From Enterobacter phage EC152: DNA of 64,000 bases. Position 1 is the first letter of the stretch; every line of letters begins with the position of its first letter. The notes below the pieces were generated by a model. That model searched no databases. It had not been told where the DNA came from and was given only the letters and a program-made list of their open reading frames with translations. Where the stretch lies: the sequence record PP681140.1. One strand, 5' to 3'. Positions 1 through 9,579 of this stretch are shown here, in pieces. The position numbers and the translations under genes are program-made.

Positions 1-225
1 CTTACGTAGGCCATAGCGATGGAAACTACACCACCAGGGCTGTTAATTACCACACGAATAGTGTCATCAGGGGATGCCTGACGGATTACCTGCAAACGGT
101 CCTGATGGTCTTCCAGCCATGACAGGTCATCAATATAAATGACGTGATCGTGAGAGTGAACAGGGTAGCTGTAGATATTCCCGTGCATACCCGGCATCAT
201 ACCGAAAAAGTTCTTGTTCTGTTCC
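1..225 (-). CDS. ClpP-like (S14) serine protease, N-terminal fragment; the gene continues beyond the window start
   Basis: Reverse-strand ATG at 223-225 with a GAGGAGG Shine-Dalgarno. The translation MEQNKNFFGMMPGMHG...VVINSPGGVVSIAMAY carries the ClpP-type INSPGG motif. Confidence 0.5.
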
Positions 226-228
226 ATA

Positions 229-711
229 TTAATCCTCCTCACGAGCGTTTGCAATATAGCCTTTCAGAATGTAAGCATTCTTCATCAGCCAGTCGATGTA
301 ATACCCTGTTTCGTCATCGACAAGTACCTGGTCGCTGTACTTGAATGTCACGAGAACTTTTCTCGCCCTTTCAGAGGCTACTGCTGCGGTGTGCAGCATT
401 GTGAACTTGTCAAGCTCTTCCTTCTCGACAGTCACGTACTTGGATTTACCATCCAGGTAGATCAGGTGATTCAGCAAATCACGACGATCCGGGAACATCC
501 ACCGGGCATCGCGTTCTGCTGCGGCAGTGTTATAAATCATTCGGGTAAAGAACCCGTCATTCATCTCATACAGAGACTGCGCCACAACCTTACGATAAAA
601 ATTGAAGAGGCTTTCCGCTTCAGCATCAAACAGCCCCGGAGAAACTACCCCACAATTCTTCAACTCCATCAGTTTTCGATGGGAGATAACCCCATGAATA
701 CTAACCGTCAT
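229..711 (-). CDS. hypothetical protein
   Basis: 160-aa ORF in the leftward gene string, tightly packed. The opposing ORF 214..861 is judged spurious. Confidence 0.55.
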   Translation of the reverse strand: MTVSIHGVISHRKLMELKNCGVVSPGLFDAEAESLFNFYRKVVAQSLYEMNDGFFTRMIYNTAAAERDARWMFPDRRDLLNHLIYLDGKSKYVTVEKEELDKFTMLHTAAVASERARKVLVTFKYSDQVLVDDETGYYIDWLMKNAYILKGYIANAREED

Positions 712-718
712 ACTCCTC

Positions 719-1042
719 CTATCGAGCTATCAGATATTTCACTTCCCCGTCATCCCCACGGTAACCGGAATCGACCACATGATAAGGCCCAAAATTGTCC
801 AATCTCACGATATCACCCACCACAAGGGTCTTCCTTGACTCATATTCCAAGGATTCGGTGAGATGTTTGAACTGATCCGTATCATCTGTGGTGCAGACAT
901 ATCGGATTTCACCATTGTTTTCAGTGACATAAATCCGTTTGCCTGTCTTTTTAGCCAGAACCCAGCCCTTTTTGTCATATTTTACAAGACAATAGGACTG
1001 ATTCAGCTTATCTCTAAACCTGGACACCTCGTTTCCTCTCAA
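719..1042 (-). CDS. hypothetical protein
   Basis: 107-aa ORF continuing the leftward operon. Confidence 0.5.
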   Translation of the reverse strand: MRGNEVSRFRDKLNQSYCLVKYDKKGWVLAKKTGKRIYVTENNGEIRYVCTTDDTDQFKHLTESLEYESRKTLVVGDIVRLDNFGPYHVVDSGYRGDDGEVKYLIAR

Positions 1043-1646
1043 GATTAGTCAGGAACTGCTCAAGCAAGGCCAAGCGCTCCGGAGTGTTTAGGTTAAGCGT
1101 TCTCACGCCATACTTTTTGGCGAGGTTAACCGCTGTAGCGGTGCCACCTTTCGGATTTCCATGCTTATCCTCGGATGCATAATACAAACAGAAGGCAGAA
1201 GGACGCGGCTCAAGGACATTTGCACCCAAAACCTGATGCACATTACGAGAGTGGAGTGCAAAAGCACCACGCTTCTTCTTAAGCGCTTCGAAATTAGGAT
1301 GAATTTCCTCTACCAATGAGTCTCTTACCACTTTTTGTTCAGGCATTAGGTAGTCAACATAACTTAAAGGATAATCCCAATAATCCCAGAGCTTATCATT
1401 GTCTGTTGCAAACCCGTCCCAAGGTATGTAAATCTCTGCCAAGCGTGTACGATACTCTTCTTGTTTTCCATTGTCAAGAGATTCGTAGTATTTTTGCATT
1501 CCTACCTGAAATGCTTCATCTGCACCCCCGGCTTTGCCACTTCTCAGCGTGAATCCAAGTCTTGCTAATCGGAAAGCAGCGTCTTCCATGACGCTGATAA
1601 CCTCTGGGGGTGTTTCGCGAGATCCTACCCCAGTGTAATATGCCAT
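1014..1646 (-). CDS. DprA/Smf-like Rossmann (SLOG-type) nucleotide-binding protein
   Basis: Internal ATG at 1646 is preceded by AGGAGG, so MAYYTGVGSR is the likely start. The motifs GSRETPP...LRSGKAGGADEAF and GGTATAVNLAKKYG resemble the DprA/SLOG fold. Confidence 0.5.
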   Translation of the reverse strand: MAYYTGVGSRETPPEVISVMEDAAFRLARLGFTLRSGKAGGADEAFQVGMQKYYESLDNGKQEEYRTRLAEIYIPWDGFATDNDKLWDYWDYPLSYVDYLMPEQKVVRDSLVEEIHPNFEALKKKRGAFALHSRNVHQVLGANVLEPRPSAFCLYYASEDKHGNPKGGTATAVNLAKKYGVRTLNLNTPERLALLEQFLTNLERKRGVQV

Positions 1647-1656
1647 AATCCTCCTG

Positions 1657-2457
1657 TTAAGAAGCCATCGGGGTATAGCGCTTCTCTTCGCGGTCAGCCA
1701 TGAGGCCAAGAGCGATGTCGCGAACCATACCACCACGAACGATATCCTCATTCGGGTCATCAAAGGAAACAGATCCCACACCTGCAAGATTGTGACGCTG
1801 GGTGAACTCGATTAACCATTCAAGACCAGACTGACCATGAATGTCTTTCTGACTTGCGTCGCCCATAACCACGAGCGTACAGTTATCAGAAATACGAGTG
1901 ATGATACTCAGCATCTCTTCCGGGGTGCTCTGCTGCGCTTCGTCGATCAGCAGGAAGCTCTTTTCGTCGAATGAACGACCACGGATGCTTTCCAGTTCCT
2001 GAACTTCAATACGCCCATTCAAGCCGTCCTTCAGGGCATTGTAGTAAGCCCCATCACCCATACGTTTACGGATGGTGTCCAGCATATTTCGGACGTAAGG
2101 GAACAGCTTTTCCAGTGAAGTACCCGGTTTGAAGCCGGAGGTTTTACCCGTCTGCACGTATGGACGAGCGACAATGATCTTGTCGAGTTCGTTTCTACGC
2201 AGCAAGTCGGCAGCATGAGCGGATGCAAGGTAGGTTTTACCTGTTCCGAAGATCCCCTTCGCGATGATAATGTTGCATGTCTGCAACTTGTGAAGGTAAT
2301 CCTGCTGCTTTTCATTCAGAGCAACTAGCGGTGGTGCGCTTTTTCGTTCCTCATCGAATTTCGGGTGGTGCTTTGCCTGACTAGCGGCCTGACGTTCAGC
2401 ACGTTGCTGTTGACGGGCGCTCAGTTTTGTTGCACGAGCCTCTTTGCTTCTTCCCAT
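1657..2457 (-). CDS. phoH: PhoH-like ATPase
   Basis: Walker A GIFGTGKTYLA and PhoH-like length and motifs. GGAG RBS. Confidence 0.85.
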   Translation of the reverse strand: MGRSKEARATKLSARQQQRAERQAASQAKHHPKFDEERKSAPPLVALNEKQQDYLHKLQTCNIIIAKGIFGTGKTYLASAHAADLLRRNELDKIIVARPYVQTGKTSGFKPGTSLEKLFPYVRNMLDTIRKRMGDGAYYNALKDGLNGRIEVQELESIRGRSFDEKSFLLIDEAQQSTPEEMLSIITRISDNCTLVVMGDASQKDIHGQSGLEWLIEFTQRHNLAGVGSVSFDDPNEDIVRGGMVRDIALGLMADREEKRYTPMAS

Positions 2458-2468
2458 ATTGGTTCTCC

Positions 2469-3023
2469 TTACGAGGTTAGAACAGATTTTGCCTTTTTGT
2501 AATAGGCTGTGCGCTCGGCTAGGTGGTTTGTGCCACCGTTTACCAGCTTGGTAATCTTAACGATATCATCAGCATCGCAAGCGGCGTTGATGTTTCTCAT
2601 GTCCCAATACCAACCAGCGCTGGCAACTGCATACTTAGGCTGTTCAAGCAGTTCTGGGTGATTAACGAGGTCTAAACCAAGTGCCTTTCCGCAAGCTTTG
2701 TAGTTTGCAAGTCCGGTAACCTGAATCAGGCCTCTCCCCTTGTACTTGGCCCCATCCCCGTCCTTCTCAGGGGTGTTTCCAAGACGCTTTGCGATAGAGC
2801 CAGTGTCATACTTATCAAAGTAGGCGTTGTTACCAAGCTCCTTAACATAACGGAACTCAGCAGATTCCACACCAACTTGTGACAGGAATCCAGCGATACG
2901 TTTGACAGTGTTGATACTGCCCTTCTCAAACAAGTCGTTCAGTGCATCAATGAACTTGGCATTTCGTCCCGCTGACGCACCTACTGGAAAAATCTTGTTG
3001 AGTTGTTCAAGCGTTAGTTTCAA
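2469..3023 (-). CDS. endolysin, glycoside hydrolase family 19 (chitinase-like lysozyme)
   Basis: GH19 signature KYKGRGLIQVTG...YAVASAGWYW, 184 aa. Confidence 0.75.
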   Translation of the reverse strand: MKLTLEQLNKIFPVGASAGRNAKFIDALNDLFEKGSINTVKRIAGFLSQVGVESAEFRYVKELGNNAYFDKYDTGSIAKRLGNTPEKDGDGAKYKGRGLIQVTGLANYKACGKALGLDLVNHPELLEQPKYAVASAGWYWDMRNINAACDADDIVKITKLVNGGTNHLAERTAYYKKAKSVLTS

Positions 3024-3035
3024 AAGAAGACCTCC

Positions 3036-3467
3036 TTACGGATTAGTCTCTCCTAGTGCCTCTACAAAAGCCGTTTCAAGCTGGGCGGCAATCCCAGAGA
3101 TCTTGATGGTAATACGTTCCTGGTAGATTGCATAAGCCAATTCGTGTGGCGCAAGCGCTTCTTTCAGGAGTGCAACCATCTTATCCATAACCTTTTGCAT
3201 AACCTCTTCGGAAAGAGCCTTTTTCAGGCGAACCTGTGCGGCATTCAATTCCTTTTCGAAAGCTGGGTCTTTTGCACCAGACTTCATTTGGCGCATTGCT
3301 TCGATCTCGTATTGGGTTTGCTCACTGAACTGATTAATCAGTCGTGGGAATACAAGACCAACAAAGTCACGGGCCAGTTGCTCGTGGTCACCAAACAGAA
3401 TGGTGTCAAGCTCTGATTGCGGCATTGGCACGAACGTTTGCCCTTCTTCATTGATAACGTCAGTCAT
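3036..3467 (-). CDS. hypothetical protein
   Basis: 143-aa ORF with a GAGGT RBS. It is translationally close to the upstream small ORF. Confidence 0.55.
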   Translation of the reverse strand: MTDVINEEGQTFVPMPQSELDTILFGDHEQLARDFVGLVFPRLINQFSEQTQYEIEAMRQMKSGAKDPAFEKELNAAQVRLKKALSEEVMQKVMDKMVALLKEALAPHELAYAIYQERITIKISGIAAQLETAFVEALGETNP

Positions 3468-3475
3468 AGGTTACC

Positions 3476-3616
3476 TCAGTAGGTGCCACGGGCAGCAGCA
3501 TCGGCTACCAGTTGCAGAAGTTCGTCTTCGGTAGCACGTTTAGTCTTACGCTTCTTACCACGCAGTTCCAGTGCCAGTTCCTTTTGATATGCCTTACGCA
3601 GAGTACGTTTGCTCAT
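3476..3616 (-). CDS. small basic protein (46 aa, K/R-rich), not in the ORF track
   Basis: AAGGAG RBS followed by ATG. The translation is MSKRTLRKAYQKELALELRGKKRKTKRATEDELLQLVADAAARGTY. A consensus promoter lies immediately upstream. Confidence 0.4.
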   Translation of the reverse strand: MSKRTLRKAYQKELALELRGKKRKTKRATEDELLQLVADAAARGTY

Positions 3617-3664
3617 TATATTCTCCTTTGTGGCCCACCAACAACATGAGGATGGGCTTAGTTA

Positions 3665-3693
3665 ATCTTATATGGTTTTTAGACGACTGTCAA
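3665..3693 (-). promoter_or_regulatory. sigma70-type promoter TTGACA-N17-TAAGAT (leftward)
   Basis: Reverse complement reads TTGACAgtcgtctaaaaaccataTAAGAT. Confidence 0.5.
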
Positions 3694-3960
3694 TCAGATG
3701 TTATGAGATTTCACAAATGCGATAAACTCATCTGCGGTCCCGATGTACCGCTCACTACCACCATCCTCCATGAACACACGGGGGACTGTGGTTGGAACAA
3801 CAGGAGCACATTTCGCTACCAGTTCTTCCTTCGTGTAGTTCTTATCGAGGGTCATGTAAAGGAAGTCAAGATCCTTTGACTTTGCGAACTCTTTCGCACG
3901 TACACAGTGGGGGCAATTGTCTTTGCCGTAGATCACAAAGGTATTTTCTTTGATGCTCAT
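3694..3960 (-). CDS. glutaredoxin/NrdH-like redoxin
   Basis: CPHC active site (YGKDNCPHCVRAKEF). The internal ATG at 3960 was chosen because upstream gene 3962..4324 ends at 3962. Confidence 0.75.
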   Translation of the reverse strand: MSIKENTFVIYGKDNCPHCVRAKEFAKSKDLDFLYMTLDKNYTKEELVAKCAPVVPTTVPRVFMEDGGSERYIGTADEFIAFVKSHNI

Positions 3961-3961
3961 G

Positions 3962-4324
3962 TCAATCCTTATTTTTAAAGTAGAACACAACTTCCGGCAC
4001 TTCGTTGGTGAAGTGCAGATCGAATCCAGACAGCACACCAATATCCTCGAATCCTAGTGCATCTGCAAACTCGTTCGGGTACTGAATGCTGATAGGCATT
4101 TCATAACCGAGCAGTTGACGGAGTTTAGGGACCCAAGAAGATGTCCCGCCCAAGAAAATTTCCATCTCAAACGTGCCGTTTAGTCCACGACGCAAGGAAA
4201 TCTTACGATGCGGTAGAAATCCACTTACACGCTCCCCACCAAGAAACAGATGGAGTTTGTGTGGGTCGTAAGCCACTAAACGAAGTGGTGCCAGTGCCGG
4301 ACCACTCGGAATTATTTCTGCCAT
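3962..4324 (-). CDS. hypothetical protein
   Basis: 120-aa ORF with an AAGGAG RBS. Confidence 0.5.
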   Translation of the reverse strand: MAEIIPSGPALAPLRLVAYDPHKLHLFLGGERVSGFLPHRKISLRRGLNGTFEMEIFLGGTSSWVPKLRQLLGYEMPISIQYPNEFADALGFEDIGVLSGFDLHFTNEVPEVVFYFKNKD

Positions 4325-4333
4325 TTTTTCTCC

Positions 4334-5422
4334 TTAGAAATCCCAGGTTTCGCCATCGGTATCATCTACCGCTGCATTCAGGCGATAATCTGTGTTGGTT
4401 TGCTCTTGGTTAGCGTTCTGCTGTTTGCTCGGATTCATCCAGATATCCATGAACGGCAGAGGGTCGCGTTTTGGAGCCTCGAAATCACGTTCGATACCGT
4501 AGTAGTCATAGATCGGAGCACAGTTCCAGTCGGTCCAGTCTTTCAGTAATGGAGCATTAAGCCCGATGATTGCACGTCCCTCACTGAACAGGTAATCACC
4601 CCATGCGTACTCGTTGGTGCGAACTTCGTCCAGAATTGCTTTCAGTTCTGATTTGATAGCATAGAAACTATCTTTCCACACCGGGTCTTTCAACAGGATG
4701 TCAATGACACCGAAGTCCATTTTGGTGTGCAACATTTCGTCCAGCATAATTTTCTGAACAAGCTGACCTACCTGAACGAATACACCCTGTTCAGCCAGAG
4801 CAAAGGTACACGCGAAGCTGGAGATGAATTCGATACCTTCAAGGCCAAGCAGAGAGAACAGTGCTCGCAGAATACCACGACGAACTTCCTCTTTATCAAC
4901 AGACTCTGGATCGATACGGTATTTTGCACCGAGGATTTCCAGTTCACGCATATACTTGACGATCACACCTGAGCGTTCCAGAACTGCTTGGTTGTTCTGA
5001 ATGTCTTCAATGATCTGACGTGAGTTTGGCAGACACTGACGGACAATATCAGAATACGTTAAAGCATGAAGAACTTCAATCTCAGATTGCTTCATCATCA
5101 TAGCAAAGAGTTCGCTGTTGGTGATGAATGGTGCGAACAGACAGATAATTGCCTGTGCTGCAACGCTATCCGCTTCCCACTGCCACATGATCGTTTGTAC
5201 CATGACATCGTAGGTAGATTTGCTACAGGTTGCGAAATCAGTGATGGATTGGTTCAGTTCGACCTCATCTTCAGACCAGTCCTGCTCTTTCTGCTTTTTG
5301 TACAGGTCGAACAGTTGTGGGTACTTTTTGTTGATGGAGTCATACATCCCCATTTGCTGCCCCAAGAACAGCGGGTAGTCACCAGTTTTATGAGCGGTGT
5401 TCTCAACGTTAAATACAGCCAT
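4334..5422 (-). CDS. nrdB: ribonucleotide reductase class Ia beta subunit
   Basis: NrdB-like sequence including the EGIEFISSF region. The start at 5422 (MAVFNVEN) was chosen on its GGGAGA RBS. Confidence 0.9.
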   Translation of the reverse strand: MAVFNVENTAHKTGDYPLFLGQQMGMYDSINKKYPQLFDLYKKQKEQDWSEDEVELNQSITDFATCSKSTYDVMVQTIMWQWEADSVAAQAIICLFAPFITNSELFAMMMKQSEIEVLHALTYSDIVRQCLPNSRQIIEDIQNNQAVLERSGVIVKYMRELEILGAKYRIDPESVDKEEVRRGILRALFSLLGLEGIEFISSFACTFALAEQGVFVQVGQLVQKIMLDEMLHTKMDFGVIDILLKDPVWKDSFYAIKSELKAILDEVRTNEYAWGDYLFSEGRAIIGLNAPLLKDWTDWNCAPIYDYYGIERDFEAPKRDPLPFMDIWMNPSKQQNANQEQTNTDYRLNAAVDDTDGETWDF

Positions 5423-5430
5423 TATTCTCC

Positions 5431-5450
5431 CTCGAAAACGGGGCCGAAGC
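5431..5450 (-). terminator. GGGGCTTCGGCCCC tetraloop hairpin between nrdA and nrdB (attenuator/terminator-like)
   Basis: Perfect palindrome at 5433-5446. On the transcribed strand it is followed by GTTTTCG. Confidence 0.45.
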
Positions 5451-5460
5451 CCCATAAGAA

Positions 5461-7776
5461 TTACAATGCACAACCTTCACAGTACGGATCTTCAACCGAG
5501 TTGTCTGCAATCAGCGGATAGTCCTTGCGGGTCTCTTCCTCTGCTTGCTTCTTCGCCTGAAGCTCTGCGGTCAGGGAGTCACCAGCACCAACCTTAGAGT
5601 TAAGGTAGTACCAGGTTTTCATCCCCATTTTAGTCGCACGGATCAGGTAACCAATCTGGTCCTTCATCGAAATCTTCCCGTCTTTCAACTGGGTGTAGTC
5701 GATGTAGAGGTCAGCACTGATAGCCTGCCCTGCAAACTTCTGGATCACCGCGTAAACGTCGATCAGGTCGTTGCTGCTAATGTCCCATGCTGAGGTGTAG
5801 TAATCCTTCAGCGCTTCGTACTCTGGAACAATAAACAGTACAGATCCTTGTGGAGACTTCTTGAAGATGATGTGATCACGCACCGGGTAAAGCCCGTTTG
5901 TAGTATTGGTTGCCAGAGAGGAACTCTCATTTGGCATATAAGCTTCCAACACACTATTGCGGATACCGCCGTTCTTGATAATCTCCTGGCGAAGAGATTC
6001 CCAGTCCTGCTTCAGGCTTGGGTCTTTCACCACACTATCAACCGCCTTGTTATAGGTGTCGATAGGCAACCATCCCTGTGGGTACTTGGTTTTGTTCATC
6101 CAAGGTGCAACACCACGTTCTTTTGCCAGTCGCAGACTCGCCTTGTGCAGGCTGAAGCTGTGCAGTTCTGCAAGATCGTGAACCAACTGCTTACTCTCCG
6201 GAGAACCATACGCGACTTTGTGTTTCGCGATGTAGTGAGCAAGGTTTGTCAGGCCAACACCAATTGAACGACGAGACTTGGCAGTATGCTCCATGTTCTC
6301 ATACGGATAATCCATGATATCCATAACGTTGTCGATCATCAGGACGGTGTAGTAAGCCACATCCTCGTACTCTTCCGGAGATACCCGACCCGCCACCAGA
6401 GAGGACAGGAAGCATAATGCAACCTCACCATCATCTGCAAGAGGATCAAAGATATTCCGCATATCCTTATAACCCTTGGTTGGCAGACAGATTTCCTGAC
6501 ACAGGTTAGAGGAGTAAATTGTCTCCAGGAACGGTGTGTGTCGGTTCATTTCATCAGGCCAGTACACATACAGGCGACCAGTCTCTGCTCGTTGGGTGAT
6601 TAGCTCTAAAGCGAGATCGCGAGCCTTAACCCAGGTCTTAGGAATCTTTTTGTCAGCAGCCACACGAGCAACTTCTGCATCAAACTCCTGCATGGTCATC
6701 TTAAACATACCCTCGTGCAACTGAGGAGCATCCTTGTAAGAGACCAACATCCAGTCAAGGTTCTTAGCCACACGGTTCATGAACGACTGGTTGATACCAA
6801 TGGAGTAGTCCATTGTGTTGATACGCTTCGACGTTACAGTCTGCGGGTTTTTAAGTCGCATCAGTTCATCGATCTGCGGGTCAAGCGCAAGGAATGAAAT
6901 CGTTGCACTACCACCACGGGTTGACTGACGGTTCTCCTTCACCCCGGCATCAATGCCACGGTAATAAGGCAGTTTACCCATGTGTTTGATCGTATTGCCA
7001 CGAACACCATCACCAATCGAACGGGAGGACAGGTAATAACCAATCCCTGCCTGTGCAACTGTCATGGTGTATGCCACTTCACGAGCAACACCAATACTCT
7101 TAGCCGTATCGTCGGCCTTAATGATGCAACAGGACGCATAACCAGTACGCCCGGTACGCAGCCCGTTCAGATACGGTGTTGGGGCATTGATCTTCAGGTC
7201 AGAGAGATAAGTGTACAACTGGATCACATCGTTAATACGACGATCCTTTGGCATACGCTTCATCACTGCCATCGCGATACCCATGAACATCATCTGCGGA
7301 GATTCAAACAGAACATCGTTGATGTTGTCCTTGATACCGTACTTGTCACGGAACTGCTTCAGAACTGCATAGCCGTAATCAAGGTCTTTCGAGTGATTGA
7401 TAACTGTTTCCAGCTTAACCAGATCGAAAGAGTCATACCCCATATCTTCCCAGTAACCGATACTGGTCATGTAGTGGTAGAAGTTAAACAGCGTAGGGAT
7501 CTTTGTGAAGCCACCATACGCCTCCTTGTAGATCTGTCCGATGAGCACACGACCAGCCATGCGGGAGTGAGCTTCATCTTTACGACTTACACAAGCGTCG
7601 ATCAATGCCTGGTTTACTTCACGAGTGGTGCATCCATCATACAGGCGCTTATAAGCGTCCATAGAGATGTGGGACCAGTTACCATTACCGTCATCACCAA
7701 AGATTGCTGCTTTGTTCAAACGTTCTGGTTCAAAAGGAACACTAGATCCATCACTCTTTACAACTGTATTGATCAA
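5461..7776 (-). CDS. nrdA: ribonucleotide reductase class Ia alpha subunit
   Basis: 771-aa product beginning MINTVVKSDGSSVPFEPERLNKA, uninterrupted and NrdA-like throughout. Confidence 0.92.
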   Translation of the reverse strand: MINTVVKSDGSSVPFEPERLNKAAIFGDDGNGNWSHISMDAYKRLYDGCTTREVNQALIDACVSRKDEAHSRMAGRVLIGQIYKEAYGGFTKIPTLFNFYHYMTSIGYWEDMGYDSFDLVKLETVINHSKDLDYGYAVLKQFRDKYGIKDNINDVLFESPQMMFMGIAMAVMKRMPKDRRINDVIQLYTYLSDLKINAPTPYLNGLRTGRTGYASCCIIKADDTAKSIGVAREVAYTMTVAQAGIGYYLSSRSIGDGVRGNTIKHMGKLPYYRGIDAGVKENRQSTRGGSATISFLALDPQIDELMRLKNPQTVTSKRINTMDYSIGINQSFMNRVAKNLDWMLVSYKDAPQLHEGMFKMTMQEFDAEVARVAADKKIPKTWVKARDLALELITQRAETGRLYVYWPDEMNRHTPFLETIYSSNLCQEICLPTKGYKDMRNIFDPLADDGEVALCFLSSLVAGRVSPEEYEDVAYYTVLMIDNVMDIMDYPYENMEHTAKSRRSIGVGLTNLAHYIAKHKVAYGSPESKQLVHDLAELHSFSLHKASLRLAKERGVAPWMNKTKYPQGWLPIDTYNKAVDSVVKDPSLKQDWESLRQEIIKNGGIRNSVLEAYMPNESSSLATNTTNGLYPVRDHIIFKKSPQGSVLFIVPEYEALKDYYTSAWDISSNDLIDVYAVIQKFAGQAISADLYIDYTQLKDGKISMKDQIGYLIRATKMGMKTWYYLNSKVGAGDSLTAELQAKKQAEEETRKDYPLIADNSVEDPYCEGCAL

Positions 7777-7785
7777 ACTTTCTCC

Positions 7786-8016
7786 TTATTTTTCTTCGAA
7801 TTGAGCAAGATACTTGTCAGCTTCATCAACTTCCTCGTCTTGAGGAGTATCTTCAGATGGAGCAGTGACGTTGATTATTTTACCAGAATATTGATCATAG
7901 TAAACATCATCGTACATCTTACTGTCATCGGTCAAATCATTGAAGTAGAGCCACCCGGCGTAGTGATGCTTATCATCGAAGCCACGGTCTTTCCACTTGG
8001 TCTTCTCTTTACTCAT
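7786..8016 (-). CDS. hypothetical acidic protein
   Basis: 76-aa ORF. Confidence 0.45.
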   Translation of the reverse strand: MSKEKTKWKDRGFDDKHHYAGWLYFNDLTDDSKMYDDVYYDQYSGKIINVTAPSEDTPQDEEVDEADKYLAQFEEK

Positions 8017-8492
8017 TAGTCCCCCAGACCAAATGCGTCACTCAGACGTGCTTCATCTTCACTATTGAACGTAATATCGAACGAATCTGGGCGATCACCA
8101 CGTTTGGTGTACTTACGGGTGTTAACTTTTTCATTCACCGGGATATCGTATGGCAAGTCGATAACGAACTCCATGTCTCGTTCCGAATACACACCAACAT
8201 CGAGGATGTCAACTCCGTTATAGATTTTTGCATACGGATAATCCGGACGCATGTCACCAACAAAGATCGTGGTCTTACGGTACAGATAGGGCAAATTAGC
8301 ACATCGTACATTCTTGTTGTTAAGCATAGTTACTTGCTTAGGATTACCCTCACTGTCGGAGACTTGGAATCCTACTGCATACAGGGCAGCACGGAGTCCA
8401 CTTTCTTGTGTCACATCGAATCCGGGTACTGTTCTCAGGAAGTCCAAAGTGACCGAAATGTGTTGGGTAGGTTTGCGTTTTGTTTTACTCAT
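8016..8492 (-). CDS. hypothetical protein
   Basis: Start at 8492 (MSKTKRKP) with a GGAG RBS. The longer track ORF overlaps the upstream gene. Confidence 0.5.
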   Translation of the reverse strand: MSKTKRKPTQHISVTLDFLRTVPGFDVTQESGLRAALYAVGFQVSDSEGNPKQVTMLNNKNVRCANLPYLYRKTTIFVGDMRPDYPYAKIYNGVDILDVGVYSERDMEFVIDLPYDIPVNEKVNTRKYTKRGDRPDSFDITFNSEDEARLSDAFGLGD

Positions 8493-8574
8493 GTATTCTC
8501 CATTCTGCCTATAATCGGGGAGAAAACTCTCCCCGCAATTCATACAACCAAGATACGGATTACTGGAACCTTTG

Positions 8575-9579
8575 TCAACCGGAAACTACATTGTTCGGAA
8601 CTAACTGGCGGTGTTGTGACCAACCACGGAAATTACCACTCCAGAACATACCGTTGCGGTCAACGTGGGTCACACCTTCTTCCCAAGCAAAAGCTTCATT
8701 CCCAAGTTCTTCGCAAGAAGCATGAACGAGTGGAGTGGCCTGATGCTCGAAAGGAGAGGCATGTACCTTATTACCACTCAAAAGTTTCCCATAAATGTCC
8801 AGCGCCTTATCTTTTGTGTTGTTCAGAACTCGGTAAGAGACCTGAGCACAACACGAGGCAGATATTGCCTTTGCTTCCTCTACGGTAAGCATAACAGGCT
8901 TATCTTCTTCGTCAAGAACACAATACCCAACAAACACTACACACTCTTTGTCGTCAATGTCTTCGTATTCGTAGACGTGATCAACATACGGTGTGTGCCA
9001 CTGTCCCGGCTCCAAGAGTTCAGGCTCGGATTCGTCAAAGGCCTTCTTCATGGCTTCAGCCAGTGCGAAGATGGTTGGATCTGCATCCTTATCCACACGC
9101 AACCACCAGAAGTTCTCAAAGTCAGTTGCTGTCAGCACTGTCTTCATACGCTGGAATGGTTCCAGAAGACGGTTTGCGATCTGTTTGTGATACCCGGCCT
9201 CGGCAAAACCCTCAGCAAACACACTTGCGCTAACAGCGGCCTTGTGCCACCAGGTTTTAGCAGAATAAAGCTCTTCCTTTCTATCACCTGTAGAGACATC
9301 CAAGGAAATAACAGAGATCGGGGTGTTATGTTCACCAGCATCCTGCATTCCTGGTTGGTTTTTACCGAACTTCACAGGCATCGCAGGATTATCACGAACC
9401 TGAGCGATCATTTTCTTGATCGGGATTGCACGGCTGCTCATAGCGTTCCTGCTGAACAGTCGGTGCGTCATCAATTCGCTGTGAATGATACGCGGGTATT
9501 CAAGCTCAAAAGTTGTAATACGTTGTCCCTGCGGAGAGATACTATCCGCTACTACGCGAGCGATTACAGCTTCTGTCAT
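8575..9579 (-). CDS. thyX: FAD-dependent thymidylate synthase
   Basis: ThyX motif HRLFSRNAMSSRAIP (RHR-x7-S type). 334 aa. Confidence 0.85.
   Translation of the reverse strand: MTEAVIARVVADSISPQGQRITTFELEYPRIIHSELMTHRLFSRNAMSSRAIPIKKMIAQVRDNPAMPVKFGKNQPGMQDAGEHNTPISVISLDVSTGDRKEELYSAKTWWHKAAVSASVFAEGFAEAGYHKQIANRLLEPFQRMKTVLTATDFENFWWLRVDKDADPTIFALAEAMKKAFDESEPELLEPGQWHTPYVDHVYEYEDIDDKECVVFVGYCVLDEEDKPVMLTVEEAKAISASCCAQVSYRVLNNTKDKALDIYGKLLSGNKVHASPFEHQATPLVHASCEELGNEAFAWEEGVTHVDRNGMFWSGNFRGWSQHRQLVPNNVVSG

Noticed and set aside
214-861. 215-aa plus-strand ORF
   Set aside because: It runs antisense to two tightly packed minus-strand genes with good RBSs, and has no RBS of its own.
6982-8019. 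345-aa plus-strand ORF
   Set aside because: It lies entirely antisense to nrdA and has low-complexity composition.
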